From NCBI GenBank assembly GCA_963668625.2, contig CAXXKA010000001.1:352001-416000 (forward strand): a DNA stretch of 64,000 nucleotides. Direction: 5' to 3'. A program made the translations under genes and the position numbers. This document shows, in pieces, positions 9,827-19,459 of the stretch. The notes below the pieces were generated by a model. It was not told where the DNA came from and ran no database searches. It saw nothing but the letters and a program-made list of their open reading frames with translations. The stretch is from an uncultured candidate division Zixibacteria bacterium. GTDB lineage: Bacteria; Zixibacteria; MSB-5A5; UBA10806; 4484-95. Position 1 is the stretch's first letter. Each line of letters begins with the position of its first letter.

Positions 9827-10269
9827 CGCTCCACCTCCTCGTAACGTTCATGTTTTTTAGCAAACAGCCTTTCTCTGAACACGGATACCAATAATATGAC
9901 CAGCCCGATAATACCGGCGCCGACACCAAAACGGAGAAGAATAGGCACTGCTTGGTTCATCAGAAACTCGTTAAACAGTTCCCAGGCGCCAAACCCCAGG
10001 ATTATGATCGCGCTGATCGATACGAAAATCCAGCCTAAGCCACGTTCGAGCCGATTGTAAATGTCATTCCAGTAACCGGCCCAATACCTGTCGGGTAAGT
10101 CGGTGAAACGCATATCGGCGGTTACCTCCTTTAGTTTGGAAAGCTCCTCGAATTCCTTGCGGCATAACTCGCAGGTTTCGAGATGCTTTTCCAACTCCAG
10201 CTCCTGCTCCGGGGTAAGCTCGCCGTCCAGCCTGCCGGAAATCAGTATGATTGACTCCTGGCATTTCAT
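9823..10269 (-). CDS. Zinc-finger (zf-HC2) membrane anti-sigma factor
   Basis: MKCQ...LDGEL...HLETCELC (HxxxCxxC) plus two TM helices; overlaps the sigma gene by 4 nt. Confidence 0.85.
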   Translation of the reverse strand: MKCQESIILISGRLDGELTPEQELELEKHLETCELCRKEFEELSKLKEVTADMRFTDLPDRYWAGYWNDIYNRLERGLGWIFVSISAIIILGFGAWELFNEFLMNQAVPILLRFGVGAGIIGLVILLVSVFRERLFAKKHERYEEVER

Positions 10270-10844
10270 TCTAACACCCCCACAAGCGCGTTTTTAAGTT
10301 TCAATCTAGCATAATGAAGACGAGACATCACCGAGCCCAGCGGTATATCCAGCACCTGGGCGATCTCCTTATAAGACATATCCTGGAAATGCTTCAAAAT
10401 GATAATCTCCCTGGCCTCGTCATCGAGTTTTGCCAGGCCATCCCAGATTGCCTCTTTCATCTGCTTGTCCGCCAATGCTTTCTCCGGATTGGTATCCTCG
10501 GAGGCACGGGCTGTTGCCAGCGCTTCCTCGGGGGCTAAGTATTTTTTACGGACTCCGGCGGAGCGCAGGGCGTTTTTACAGAGATTCGACAGAATCGCGA
10601 AAAGCCAGCTTTTAAACTGGAACTTGTCATCGAACCTCTTCAGCGATTTATACGCCTTAACGAACGCTTCCTGCGATAAATCGTAAGCATCCTCGGAGTT
10701 ACCGACCATGCCCAGGGCATAGAAATACATCGGCTTTTTGTACTTTTCCACTAAAAGCTGGAATTTCCGCAGATCGCCGCCTTTGCATTCGGCCACCAGT
10801 ATGTTGTCTTCAGTCTCCATCATAGTTATCACCATCTCATACAC
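10266..10844 (-). CDS. ECF-family RNA polymerase sigma factor
   Basis: DAYDLSQEAFVKAY, FKSWLFAI (region 2) and MSYKEIAQVLDIPLGSVMSRLHYAR (region 4). Confidence 0.92.
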   Translation of the reverse strand: MYEMVITMMETEDNILVAECKGGDLRKFQLLVEKYKKPMYFYALGMVGNSEDAYDLSQEAFVKAYKSLKRFDDKFQFKSWLFAILSNLCKNALRSAGVRKKYLAPEEALATARASEDTNPEKALADKQMKEAIWDGLAKLDDEAREIIILKHFQDMSYKEIAQVLDIPLGSVMSRLHYARLKLKNALVGVLE

Positions 10845-11047
10845 AGATACACGCGGCTATATGATTTTATTCAAAATAATCGTAAGAGGGCAAGGGGAAA
10901 GTGGGGAAATCAGGAGGAATGGACTGACGGGGATGTCTGCCGACGCCAAAGTGGCTATTGAATATGCGTTTTAAGAGATCGAATTAATCAATCTTTTTAT
11001 ACTTCCAGATCAACCTTGAAAATACTCGCTTACATAGATTAGTATTT

Positions 11048-11261
11048 TCTCCTGGTTCCCAAGCGCTGCTTGGAAACCTTCTTGAGTCGTGTAGAATGTG
11101 CGTATTACCAGAAGGCAAACCGCGTTGCGAAGCGGCGCTTCGCAACGCGAAAAATTTACAAAATTAGGGAAACTTTCACTTATTATTCTGCTGCTAATAA
11201 AGATAAAATCGAAACGGAGTTTCTCCAATACTTGCATTACCAAACGGAGTTTGGTAACGAG
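11048..11261. repeat. Cluster of REP-like palindromes
   Basis: ggttcccaag-cgctg-cttggaaacc, perfect stem cgcgttgcgaagc-ggc-gcttcgcaacgcg (11121-11149), ttaccaaac-gga-gtttggtaa; similar to ~8103, ~9284 and the inverted copy at ~42110-42197. Confidence 0.8.
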
Positions 11262-11288
11262 GATAAGATTTGCTATTCTAACAGTTCT

Positions 11289-12929
11289 CTACTTCAACAA
11301 CGTAACCCGCTTAACCACCGACTCCCCCGATATATCCAGCCGATAGAAATACACACCCGCCGCTATATTCGAGCCATCCCAGATTACGCCGTAATTGCCA
11401 GCCGGCTGATACTGATCGACGAGGTTTTCCACGAGCTGGCCATTTAAGTTGTAAATCGCCAGCTTTACCTGCTCTGGTTTGTCTAAGCTGAAACTGATTC
11501 TGGCTGTGGCGTTGAATGGGTTGGGATAGCATACCAGGTCGTAGTCATCCGGCAGGGGAGAGGACTGCGTTTTATCCTCTATGCCTACATGCTGGGCGTA
11601 CTTGAACGTGGTGTAATCGTAGCCTGTGCCATCACCAATGCTTTTGCCGGTGAAATAGATATTGTTCTGATTATCAATAGCCAGCGAGACATTCATCTCA
11701 TTGCCGTCCCCCGGGCCGTTATACTGATTAGCCCATACCGAATCGCCGTCAGCGTTAAACTCTATGAGGATGAAATCGTAAGTGTACGCCGCTACCGAGG
11801 TATAACCGCCGACGAAAACATTACCGGCATCATCAACAACGATATCCTGCCCGTAATCGCCGTCATTGCCAACGCCGTTAAAACTACTTACCCAGAGACG
11901 ATTGCCATCGGGGTCGCACTTGATCGCTACTAAATCACCGTTGTTTCCGGTACCATAGCTATAGCCGCAGGTATACGCGTAGTTATCATCATCTAAAAAC
12001 ATGCTGTAACCGCAATCGCCCTCGCTGACCGGGCCGTTGTATTGTGATACCCATTGCTGTACTCCGTCCGGGTCGTATTTTGTCGTTACGATATCATAGG
12101 AATGGCCCGAACCTCCCCAGCAATAGCCGGCCACGTAGCAGTTGCCGTCGGCATCGACCTTGATATCATTGGCGACATCCCCGCCATTGCCAGGACCATT
12201 ATAGCGGGTTGCCCATTGTATGATGCCATCGTTGCTATATTTAATAGTCAGATAATCGTTACTGGCGGCGCCGACACCCTCGCTCTTACCGGTTACGAAC
12301 ACGTTATACTCGTTATCAAGAGCGATACCGAATGGGAAATCTCCTCCGGTTGGTCCCGGGCCGTGGTAGACTGCGGTCCAGAGCGTGTCGCCATCGGAGT
12401 TGTATTTGATAGTAATATAGTCATAGTCGGTATCACCGCTGATATGAATATAACCGGCTACATAAACGTTACCGTAATCATCAACAACCAGCTTTTGGCC
12501 GCTATCTATGCCGTTGTCGGGGCCATTGTGACGGGCTACCCATTGTTGAACACCATCGGAATCGTATTTAACCGTCGTACAATCGAAATTGCTTCCCGAG
12601 CCTTTGCTCTGGCCGGTTACATAGACATTACCGTTATCATCAACAGCCAGGCAATGTGCCTGATCACTATTGCTGCCGGGGCCGCTGTACCGGGCAGTCC
12701 AGACTGTGTCACCATCGGGATCGTATTTAACAGTAGCATAGTCCTCGTAACCATCACTGCCGTAACTGGTACCTGTAACATAAATGAATCCTTCACCATC
12801 AACGGTAATATCAGATGGCGAATCCGAGCTGTTGCCTGTGCCGTTATAGCGGGCAACCCAGGCCTCATCCATCTGGCTGAAAGCGAGGCAGCTTGATAAT
12901 AAAATGAAAATAATTATACAAAATCTCAT
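11289..12929 (-). CDS. SBBP-repeat beta-propeller secreted protein with T9SS-type C-terminal domain
   Basis: About 7 repeats of W.ARYNG.GN..D...VD..GN.YVTG.S...DY.T.KY; signal peptide; YPNPFN...KRVTLLK end. Confidence 0.85.
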   Translation of the reverse strand: MRFCIIIFILLSSCLAFSQMDEAWVARYNGTGNSSDSPSDITVDGEGFIYVTGTSYGSDGYEDYATVKYDPDGDTVWTARYSGPGSNSDQAHCLAVDDNGNVYVTGQSKGSGSNFDCTTVKYDSDGVQQWVARHNGPDNGIDSGQKLVVDDYGNVYVAGYIHISGDTDYDYITIKYNSDGDTLWTAVYHGPGPTGGDFPFGIALDNEYNVFVTGKSEGVGAASNDYLTIKYSNDGIIQWATRYNGPGNGGDVANDIKVDADGNCYVAGYCWGGSGHSYDIVTTKYDPDGVQQWVSQYNGPVSEGDCGYSMFLDDDNYAYTCGYSYGTGNNGDLVAIKCDPDGNRLWVSSFNGVGNDGDYGQDIVVDDAGNVFVGGYTSVAAYTYDFILIEFNADGDSVWANQYNGPGDGNEMNVSLAIDNQNNIYFTGKSIGDGTGYDYTTFKYAQHVGIEDKTQSSPLPDDYDLVCYPNPFNATARISFSLDKPEQVKLAIYNLNGQLVENLVDQYQPAGNYGVIWDGSNIAAGVYFYRLDISGESVVKRVTLLK

Positions 12930-13162
12930 CTAACACCTCTTTTGAATGATTGTTTTGATGTCAATAATTTAATACCTGATGCAATTGAAATATAATTATT
13001 AGTATGCAAATGTCAATAGGAATGTACATGCGATACATGGGAAAGAACATAGAGAAAGAATATTTCTTTTAAATTCTCTTAATATCTAACCCAAAGAGGA
13101 ATTCTAGACTGCTTTGTCTGTGATTGTAGATATTCGGTTGGATTTAATCGCACCATAAAAAC

Positions 13163-13191
13163 TTGCCTATAATCTCCGTTCGTGATATATT
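13163..13191 (+). promoter_or_regulatory. Putative sigma70 promoter of the 13.2-26.5 kb operon
   Basis: TTGCCT-17 bp-TATATT with TG upstream of the -10. Confidence 0.45.
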
Positions 13192-13236
13192 GACTCGAAT
13201 ATAGTAGGCTTAAAACCTTTAAAATAAGTAATTTCA

Positions 13237-14961
13237 ATGACACAGTTTAAACCAATTGATAACTTGACCATCCCCCAACTGATAGATCAGTCGATACAGC
13301 GATATAGTTCTAATGTAGCGATGCGCTATTACGATGGCCAAAGATTTCAGGCAATCACCTATACCGGTTTCCAGAAAATGATTTTCCAAGCCTCCTCAAT
13401 GATTCAAAAGGTAGGCGTTCAACCAGGCGATAAGGTAGCAATACTCTCGGAAAGTCGTCCCGCCTGGGGGGCGTCGTATTTTGCCTCGCTTTATATCGAG
13501 GGCGTGAATGTGCCCCTGGATGCCCTGCTGAAAATCTCGGAATGGAGCTATATCCTGCGCAATTCCGGCGCCAAAGTACTGATCACCTCCTCCAAGTTCT
13601 ATCATGAATTAGAGCCGCTTGTCGATAAAATCGATACCCTGGAAACAATTCTCTGTATGGATAAAGTGCACGATACATGTTACCTATTCGGGGATGACAA
13701 TCCACCGTCGTATTCGCCACCTGATGTTAGCCTGGATAATGTGGCAGCGATATTATACACATCCGGTACCACGGGTCTGGCTAAAGGGGTGATGCTATCT
13801 CATGGCAATATCACCAGCGATGTACACGGTACTCTTGAGCTTATTGATATGTACCCCAGCGATAATTTCTTGTCCATATTGCCTCTTCACCATACTTTTG
13901 AATGTACCGCCGGTTTTATGACACCGCTCAGCAGCGGAGCCTCGATAACCTACGCCCGAGGACTGGCCTCCAAGCTAATCATCGAGGATATAAAAGAGAA
14001 TAAATGTACCATCCTCCTGGCAGTGCCTTTACTATATGAGAAAATGTACGCCGGGATAACGCGGAAAATAGCCCAGAATCCGCCGTTCAAACGGGCGCTG
14101 TTCAGAACAATTTACGGCGTCTCCAGATTTCTCAAAAAAACCGCTAATATCGAGGCGGGCAAGAAACTATTCAATGGCCTTCGGGAAAAATCAGGAATGG
14201 GCACGATACGCCTGTTCGTATCGGGTGGGGCGCCGCTTCTGTCTGAAATTACTGAGGCGTTCAACACCATGGGATTCACACTGATACAGGGATACGGCTT
14301 GACCGAATCCTCGCCGGTTCTGACATTAAACCCGCTCGATAAAATCAAGCCCGGTGCGATTGGAGTGGCTTTACGCAACTGTGAGCTGAAAATCGATAGA
14401 CCCAACAGCGAGGGGATCGGCGAGTTAATCGCCCGTGGCCCGATGATCATGAAGGGCTATTATAAAAACGAAAAAGCCACTGCTGAGACAATCAATGATG
14501 GCTGGTTGTATACCGGCGATCTGGCTCGTGTGGATAGCGACGGTTACTATTTTATCACCGGCCGCGCCAAGAACCTTATCGTGACGCCGGGCGGCAAGAA
14601 TGTTTATCCCGAGGAGATTGAGGCGGCGATCAACAATTCTCCCTATATTCTCGAAACATTGGTGCTCGGGCGGCCGTTACCCAGCAGGGGCGAGGAGATC
14701 GAGGCGATTATCGTGCCCGATATGGATTATTTTGGCCTGCGCGCGGAGGAAAAAGGTATTGCCTTGACCGAAACGCATATCGAACAGACCATAAAACTAG
14801 AAGTTGCCAAACAAAGTGAACTTCTGGCCGACTATAAGCGTGTAAAGTACGTGAAAGTAAGAGGCGAGGATTTCGAGAAGACATCAACGAAAAAAATAAA
14901 ACGCTATCTTTATAAGCATAAGCAAATGACGATTAACGGTGGTAAAAACAAGGGTAAGTGA
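13237..14961 (+). CDS. Long-chain fatty acid--CoA ligase (AMP-binding)
   Basis: YTSGTTGLAKG, QGYGLTE, GWLYTGD, GRAKNLIV motifs. Confidence 0.88.
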   Translation: MTQFKPIDNLTIPQLIDQSIQRYSSNVAMRYYDGQRFQAITYTGFQKMIFQASSMIQKVGVQPGDKVAILSESRPAWGASYFASLYIEGVNVPLDALLKISEWSYILRNSGAKVLITSSKFYHELEPLVDKIDTLETILCMDKVHDTCYLFGDDNPPSYSPPDVSLDNVAAILYTSGTTGLAKGVMLSHGNITSDVHGTLELIDMYPSDNFLSILPLHHTFECTAGFMTPLSSGASITYARGLASKLIIEDIKENKCTILLAVPLLYEKMYAGITRKIAQNPPFKRALFRTIYGVSRFLKKTANIEAGKKLFNGLREKSGMGTIRLFVSGGAPLLSEITEAFNTMGFTLIQGYGLTESSPVLTLNPLDKIKPGAIGVALRNCELKIDRPNSEGIGELIARGPMIMKGYYKNEKATAETINDGWLYTGDLARVDSDGYYFITGRAKNLIVTPGGKNVYPEEIEAAINNSPYILETLVLGRPLPSRGEEIEAIIVPDMDYFGLRAEEKGIALTETHIEQTIKLEVAKQSELLADYKRVKYVKVRGEDFEKTSTKKIKRYLYKHKQMTINGGKNKGK

Positions 14962-16043
14962 AAATGAACTACGGCGTTATATTAGCCGGCGGTAGAGGCG
15001 AAAGATTCTGGCCGCTTTCAACCAGAAAATATCCCAAACAACTGTTGAAACTGACCTCCGATAAAGTGATGCTCGAGGAGACTGTCGATCGGGTCAAAGA
15101 GCTCGTACCTAATGATAGAATCCTGATAGTAGCCGGTGCCGACCTGGAGCAAAAAATACTCGAAAACACTGAAACTTTAACTAAAGATAATATGCTTCTC
15201 GAACCGATGGGCAAAAACACCTGTCTGGCATTAGCCCTGGCCGCCGTGCATATCCAGAAGGATGACCCCGAGGGAGTGATGATAGTCCTTTCCTCGGATC
15301 ACCTGATCGAACCCAAGGAGCAACTTGTTCGTATCCTGGATGCCGCCTCGAATTTGGCCTCGCGCGAGGAAAAGCTGATCACCATCGGAATAATTCCCAA
15401 CCGTCCCGAAACGGGCTACGGCTATATCGAGATGGGCCCCAAGATCACCGAGATTAACGGTATCAAGATATATGATGTTAACCAGTTCAAAGAGAAACCG
15501 GAGCGTCCCAAAGCCCAGGAGTATTATCTCGACAGAAAACATCTCTGGAACTCCGGGATGTTTGTCTGGAGTGTGAAAACATTTCTGGCGGCTGTTAAAA
15601 AACATATGCCGGAGATGTATAACTGCCTCGAAACATACCGTGACACCATGGATGCCGACAGTGATGAACCGCTAAAATGCTTATACCAGGATTGTGAGTC
15701 GATCTCGGTTGATTTCGCGATACTGGAGAAAGCCGAAAATGTCGTATGTGTGAAAGGTGATATGAGATGGGATGATGTCGGCTCGTGGCTGGCGCTCGAA
15801 CGGATTCATTCCAACAAAAAAGACGGTAATGTTGCTATTGGTGAGGTGTTGCTCGATTCTAGCTACGAAAACACGATTGTCAATCGCGGCCACGAGGAGA
15901 TCATCGTTGCATACGGCGTAACCGATCTTGTCATAGTTAAATCAGATAAAGTTATAATGGTTGCTCATAAAACCAAGATAAACGAGATAAAGGATTTATT
16001 AGCCAAGTTGGAGCAAGATGAGAAGTATTCTAAATATCTATAA
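14958..16043 (+). CDS. manC: Mannose-1-phosphate guanylyltransferase
   Basis: ILAGGRGERFWPLS...PKQLL, EPMGKNT, PETGYGYI, FKEKP, WNSGMF, WDDVGSW. Confidence 0.9.
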   Translation: MKMNYGVILAGGRGERFWPLSTRKYPKQLLKLTSDKVMLEETVDRVKELVPNDRILIVAGADLEQKILENTETLTKDNMLLEPMGKNTCLALALAAVHIQKDDPEGVMIVLSSDHLIEPKEQLVRILDAASNLASREEKLITIGIIPNRPETGYGYIEMGPKITEINGIKIYDVNQFKEKPERPKAQEYYLDRKHLWNSGMFVWSVKTFLAAVKKHMPEMYNCLETYRDTMDADSDEPLKCLYQDCESISVDFAILEKAENVVCVKGDMRWDDVGSWLALERIHSNKKDGNVAIGEVLLDSSYENTIVNRGHEEIIVAYGVTDLVIVKSDKVIMVAHKTKINEIKDLLAKLEQDEKYSKYL

Positions 16044-16533
16044 AATCGCATTAGTGATTTTAATACTGTCTATCGCCTGTGGTCCCGCTATGCAGCGATC
16101 CTCCGTAGATAGAGATGAGCGCACTAAAGCCGAACATCGTTTTGACCCTTTGGATTTTCCCGGTGATAACGCCGTTATCACGGGCAAAAGCCATCAATCA
16201 CAACCGTCATCCCTGCCAGATAATGTCTCCGGCGGCGAGGTTCAAGTAGATGAACCTGTTGAAGTTGAGGAAAACAATGGAAGTGTTGATACAACGCAAC
16301 AGATGGTGGTTTTTCGGGTTCAGGTATTCGCCTCCAAGGCTTTTGATGAGGCCCAGCAGTTCGCCAGCGATATCGAGGGCATGTTCCCCGAGGGTGTGTT
16401 CGTAGAATATCAGATGCCATACTACAAGGTGAGAGTCGGCGAATTTTTCTCGCCCGAGGAGGGTGAGGTATTCCTGGATGAGGTTAAGCAGATCGGATTT
16501 AAAAACGCCTGGCTGGTTAGAGTATTACAGTAA
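16018..16533 (+). CDS. SPOR-domain lipoprotein
   Basis: Lipobox SIAC; C-terminal FRVQVFA...PYYKVRVGEF...GFKNAWLV. Confidence 0.8.
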   Translation: MRSILNIYKIALVILILSIACGPAMQRSSVDRDERTKAEHRFDPLDFPGDNAVITGKSHQSQPSSLPDNVSGGEVQVDEPVEVEENNGSVDTTQQMVVFRVQVFASKAFDEAQQFASDIEGMFPEGVFVEYQMPYYKVRVGEFFSPEEGEVFLDEVKQIGFKNAWLVRVLQ

Positions 16534-17144
16534 TGGATGAAATCGCAAAAATAAGAATCGAAAAAGCAGCCGAGACGCTCAAACAGGGCGGGATTGTACT
16601 TGCGCCGACGGATACTGTCTGGGGGTTGATGTGCGACTATGCCAACGAGCAGGCCGTGGCCTCGATATACAGTATGAAAAATAGCCCACCTAAGCCGATT
16701 GCGGTGTTGATCGATTCTATCGAGCGAGCAGGCGAGATAAAAATAAAAATGACAGACCAGGTTAAAGCCTTAGCCGAGAGATACTGGCCGGGCTCGCTGA
16801 CATTGATTTTCCAATCAGAGGATGAGAAGATTAAGCATATAGCCGGCGAAAATAATACGGTCGGAATCAGAATACCCGACTCAGTAGCATTGCGTGAACT
16901 GATCGGGAAATTCGGAAACGCCGTTGCCGCTACCAGCGCCAATATCTCCGGTGGAAAGCAACCGCGTGTTTTCGATGATGTCCCTGATGAGATCACGATG
17001 AGCGCCGACTATATCTGCCATTTCGATACCGAAACATCCGGTGTTGCCTCGACTGTTGTCGATTGCACCGGTGATGTTTTGAAAATATTACGCGAAGGAA
17101 ATATAACCCTGGAACAATTAGAAGAGGCTGTGATAAATAGATGA
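16533..17144 (+). CDS. tsaC: Threonylcarbamoyl-AMP synthase (Sua5/YrdC)
   Basis: PTDTVWGL, YWPGSLT, VGIRIP, TSANISG, STVVD. Confidence 0.88.
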   Translation: MDEIAKIRIEKAAETLKQGGIVLAPTDTVWGLMCDYANEQAVASIYSMKNSPPKPIAVLIDSIERAGEIKIKMTDQVKALAERYWPGSLTLIFQSEDEKIKHIAGENNTVGIRIPDSVALRELIGKFGNAVAATSANISGGKQPRVFDDVPDEITMSADYICHFDTETSGVASTVVDCTGDVLKILREGNITLEQLEEAVINR

Positions 17145-17635
17145 CATCGACTAAAAAATTCAAAGTGATGCTGGTTTGTACCGGTAATACCTGCCGTTCG
17201 GCGATGGCCGAGGGGATAGCCAGAAAAGTTGCCGAGGAGATGAATATCAGTAATATCGTATTTTCATCCTCGGGTGTTGGCGCTATGGATGGCGTACCGG
17301 CCACCGATTACGCTATTGAGGCCGCCGCCCATTGGGATATCGATATCCGCAGTCATCGCTCCCGCTTGATAAACAAGAGCCTGATTGATGATGCCCAGCT
17401 TATACTGGCAATGGCTCCGGAGCATGTCCAACAAATAATCTCGATAGATCGGGGCTCCGTATCCAAGGTATTTTTATACAAGAGCTTCCCCGAACCTTTC
17501 AGCCCTACTCAGGAGAGGGTGGAGGATCCTATTGGAGGCACACTGGAGCAGTATAATCAGACATTTCTAGAACTCGATGAAGTTATGAGACGAATATTCC
17601 CTAAAATAGTCGAGCTTGCCAAAACACATGATTAA
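17141..17635 (+). CDS. Low-molecular-weight protein phosphatase, YwlE-like (probably arginine phosphatase)
   Basis: VCTGNTCRSAMAE P-loop and DPIGG; next to tsaC. Confidence 0.8.
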   Translation: MTSTKKFKVMLVCTGNTCRSAMAEGIARKVAEEMNISNIVFSSSGVGAMDGVPATDYAIEAAAHWDIDIRSHRSRLINKSLIDDAQLILAMAPEHVQQIISIDRGSVSKVFLYKSFPEPFSPTQERVEDPIGGTLEQYNQTFLELDEVMRRIFPKIVELAKTHD

Positions 17636-18530
17636 TTCCAGAGCTGTAATAGTACTATCCATATTAATGATATCCTGGGTTGCTTTTAGTTTTGCCGATA
17701 GTGAAATCAACGGCGACTCATTAAAGCCGGTGGCTGATACTCAGGTATCCGTGCCACCGCCTCCCGATTCGGCATATATAGCCAGAGCCTCGAGCTCCGA
17801 CTGGTGGAAGCGAAAGATCGAGAATCGCGCCTTTAATGTTGGCGAGTACATGAAATTCAGGGTACGCTACGGTCACATTCCTGCGGGTATCGCCGAAATG
17901 GAGGTTGTCGAGACGCTTAATTATGAGGGGTTCAAATCGTTTAAGCTCAGATCGGTAGCCCACTCCAATGCCTTTGTTTCGACTTTTTATAAGGTGCGAG
18001 ATACCATTGTCAGTATTATCGATTATGATGGGATATATGCTCATTATTTTTACAAAAAACTTCGAGAAGGCAAATATAAGAAAGAACAGGTCACTTATTT
18101 CGATCAGAGAAAACATATGGCGATAACCGGCGAGGACACGGTAAAAACCTATGCTTTCGTTCAGGATGCATTCTCGGCATTGTATTACGCCCGGGTACTC
18201 GATATCGAGCCGGGTGCGAATATCCAGATAGACAATCACACCGACAGGAAAAACTATCCGTTGGAGGTAATAGTCCATGGACTGGACTCGGTGGAGGTGC
18301 CGGCCGGTAAATTCGATTGTATAGTAGTCGAGCCGGTTATGCGTGCCGAGGGAATATTCCAGGCCAAGGGCAAGATCAAAATATGGCTTACCAATGATCG
18401 CTATAAGATGCCGGTCAAAATGCAGACCGAGGTATTCTTTTTAGGCGCGATTCACGCCGACTTGATCGAGTATAGGCAGGGAGTATTTCCCGATGAGACA
18501 GAGCAGGTTAATGATGAACAAAAAAAATAG
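17628..18530 (+). CDS. DUF3108-like secreted protein
   Basis: Signal peptide; AFNVGE, VQDAFSALYYAR, VPAGKFDC, IWLTND..KMPVK pattern. Confidence 0.65.
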   Translation: MINSRAVIVLSILMISWVAFSFADSEINGDSLKPVADTQVSVPPPPDSAYIARASSSDWWKRKIENRAFNVGEYMKFRVRYGHIPAGIAEMEVVETLNYEGFKSFKLRSVAHSNAFVSTFYKVRDTIVSIIDYDGIYAHYFYKKLREGKYKKEQVTYFDQRKHMAITGEDTVKTYAFVQDAFSALYYARVLDIEPGANIQIDNHTDRKNYPLEVIVHGLDSVEVPAGKFDCIVVEPVMRAEGIFQAKGKIKIWLTNDRYKMPVKMQTEVFFLGAIHADLIEYRQGVFPDETEQVNDEQKK

Positions 18531-19446
18531 AGCTGATCTCACTAAAGTTGAAAGATACTCGGTAAACGACAGGCCAACCAAAGCCAACGCCGGGGGATTT
18601 GCCACCGTACCGCCCTCGATACGGGCGTTTTTCGACAGCCTGCCGGATTTCTTGAAAGCGGCCGATCTGAAAAATCTGGTTACCGATATGATAAAAGCCC
18701 GAGAAAACGGCCGGGGTATTATCTGGATGATGGGCGCGCATTCTATCAAGGTGGGCTTATCGCCTTTGATAATCGATCTTATCGAAAGTAAATACATTAC
18801 TCATCTGGTGCTAAATGGCGCCTGTATTATTCACGATCTGGAGATCGCATTCTGGGGATGTACCTCGGAGGAAGTGGCCGAGACTTTAAACGATGGCTCG
18901 TTCGGGATGGTGAAGGAAACGCCGCAATACCTGGCCGAGGCGCTGAATCGGGCCGATTCGGATACGGGAATCGGTGAGGCGGTTGGCGCCTATATGAACG
19001 AAAAATCACCGGAGTATGTGGATTTCTCGATTGTCGCGGCTGCTCAGAGGGCCGGCATCCCGATCAATGTGCAAATCGCTATCGGCACAGAGACTATCAG
19101 CCAGCATCCGGAATATGATGCGGCAATATGGGGCAAGAAAAGTCATCTGGATTTTAAATCCTTGAGTTCGGGCGTAAAAAGCTTGCATGATGGCGGCGTT
19201 GTTATAAATTTCGGGTCGGCGGTAATTTTACCGGAGGTGTTTCTGAAAGCCCTGACTGTTGGTCGAAACCTGTACGGCGAGATAAAAGATTTCTCGGCGG
19301 CCAATTTCGATATGATACAGCATTACCGTCCCAATGTTAATGTGGTAAACAGGCCGACTATCATGGGCGGCAAGAGATACAGTTTTACTGGACATCACGA
19401 AATTATGATGCCGCTTCTATGCGCGGCTTTGAAATCTTTAAAATAG
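18511..19446 (+). CDS. Deoxyhypusine-synthase-fold-like conserved protein
   Basis: MGAHSIKVGLSP, NGACIIHDLE, GSAVILPEVFLKAL, GHHEIM motifs; function unknown. Confidence 0.55.
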   Translation: MMNKKNRADLTKVERYSVNDRPTKANAGGFATVPPSIRAFFDSLPDFLKAADLKNLVTDMIKARENGRGIIWMMGAHSIKVGLSPLIIDLIESKYITHLVLNGACIIHDLEIAFWGCTSEEVAETLNDGSFGMVKETPQYLAEALNRADSDTGIGEAVGAYMNEKSPEYVDFSIVAAAQRAGIPINVQIAIGTETISQHPEYDAAIWGKKSHLDFKSLSSGVKSLHDGGVVINFGSAVILPEVFLKALTVGRNLYGEIKDFSAANFDMIQHYRPNVNVVNRPTIMGGKRYSFTGHHEIMMPLLCAALKSLK

Positions 19447-19459
19447 TAAGAGGATTGAA

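Noticed and set aside
12054-12896. 280-aa plus-strand ORF
   Set aside because: Antisense shadow of the repetitive SBBP gene; no recognisable motifs
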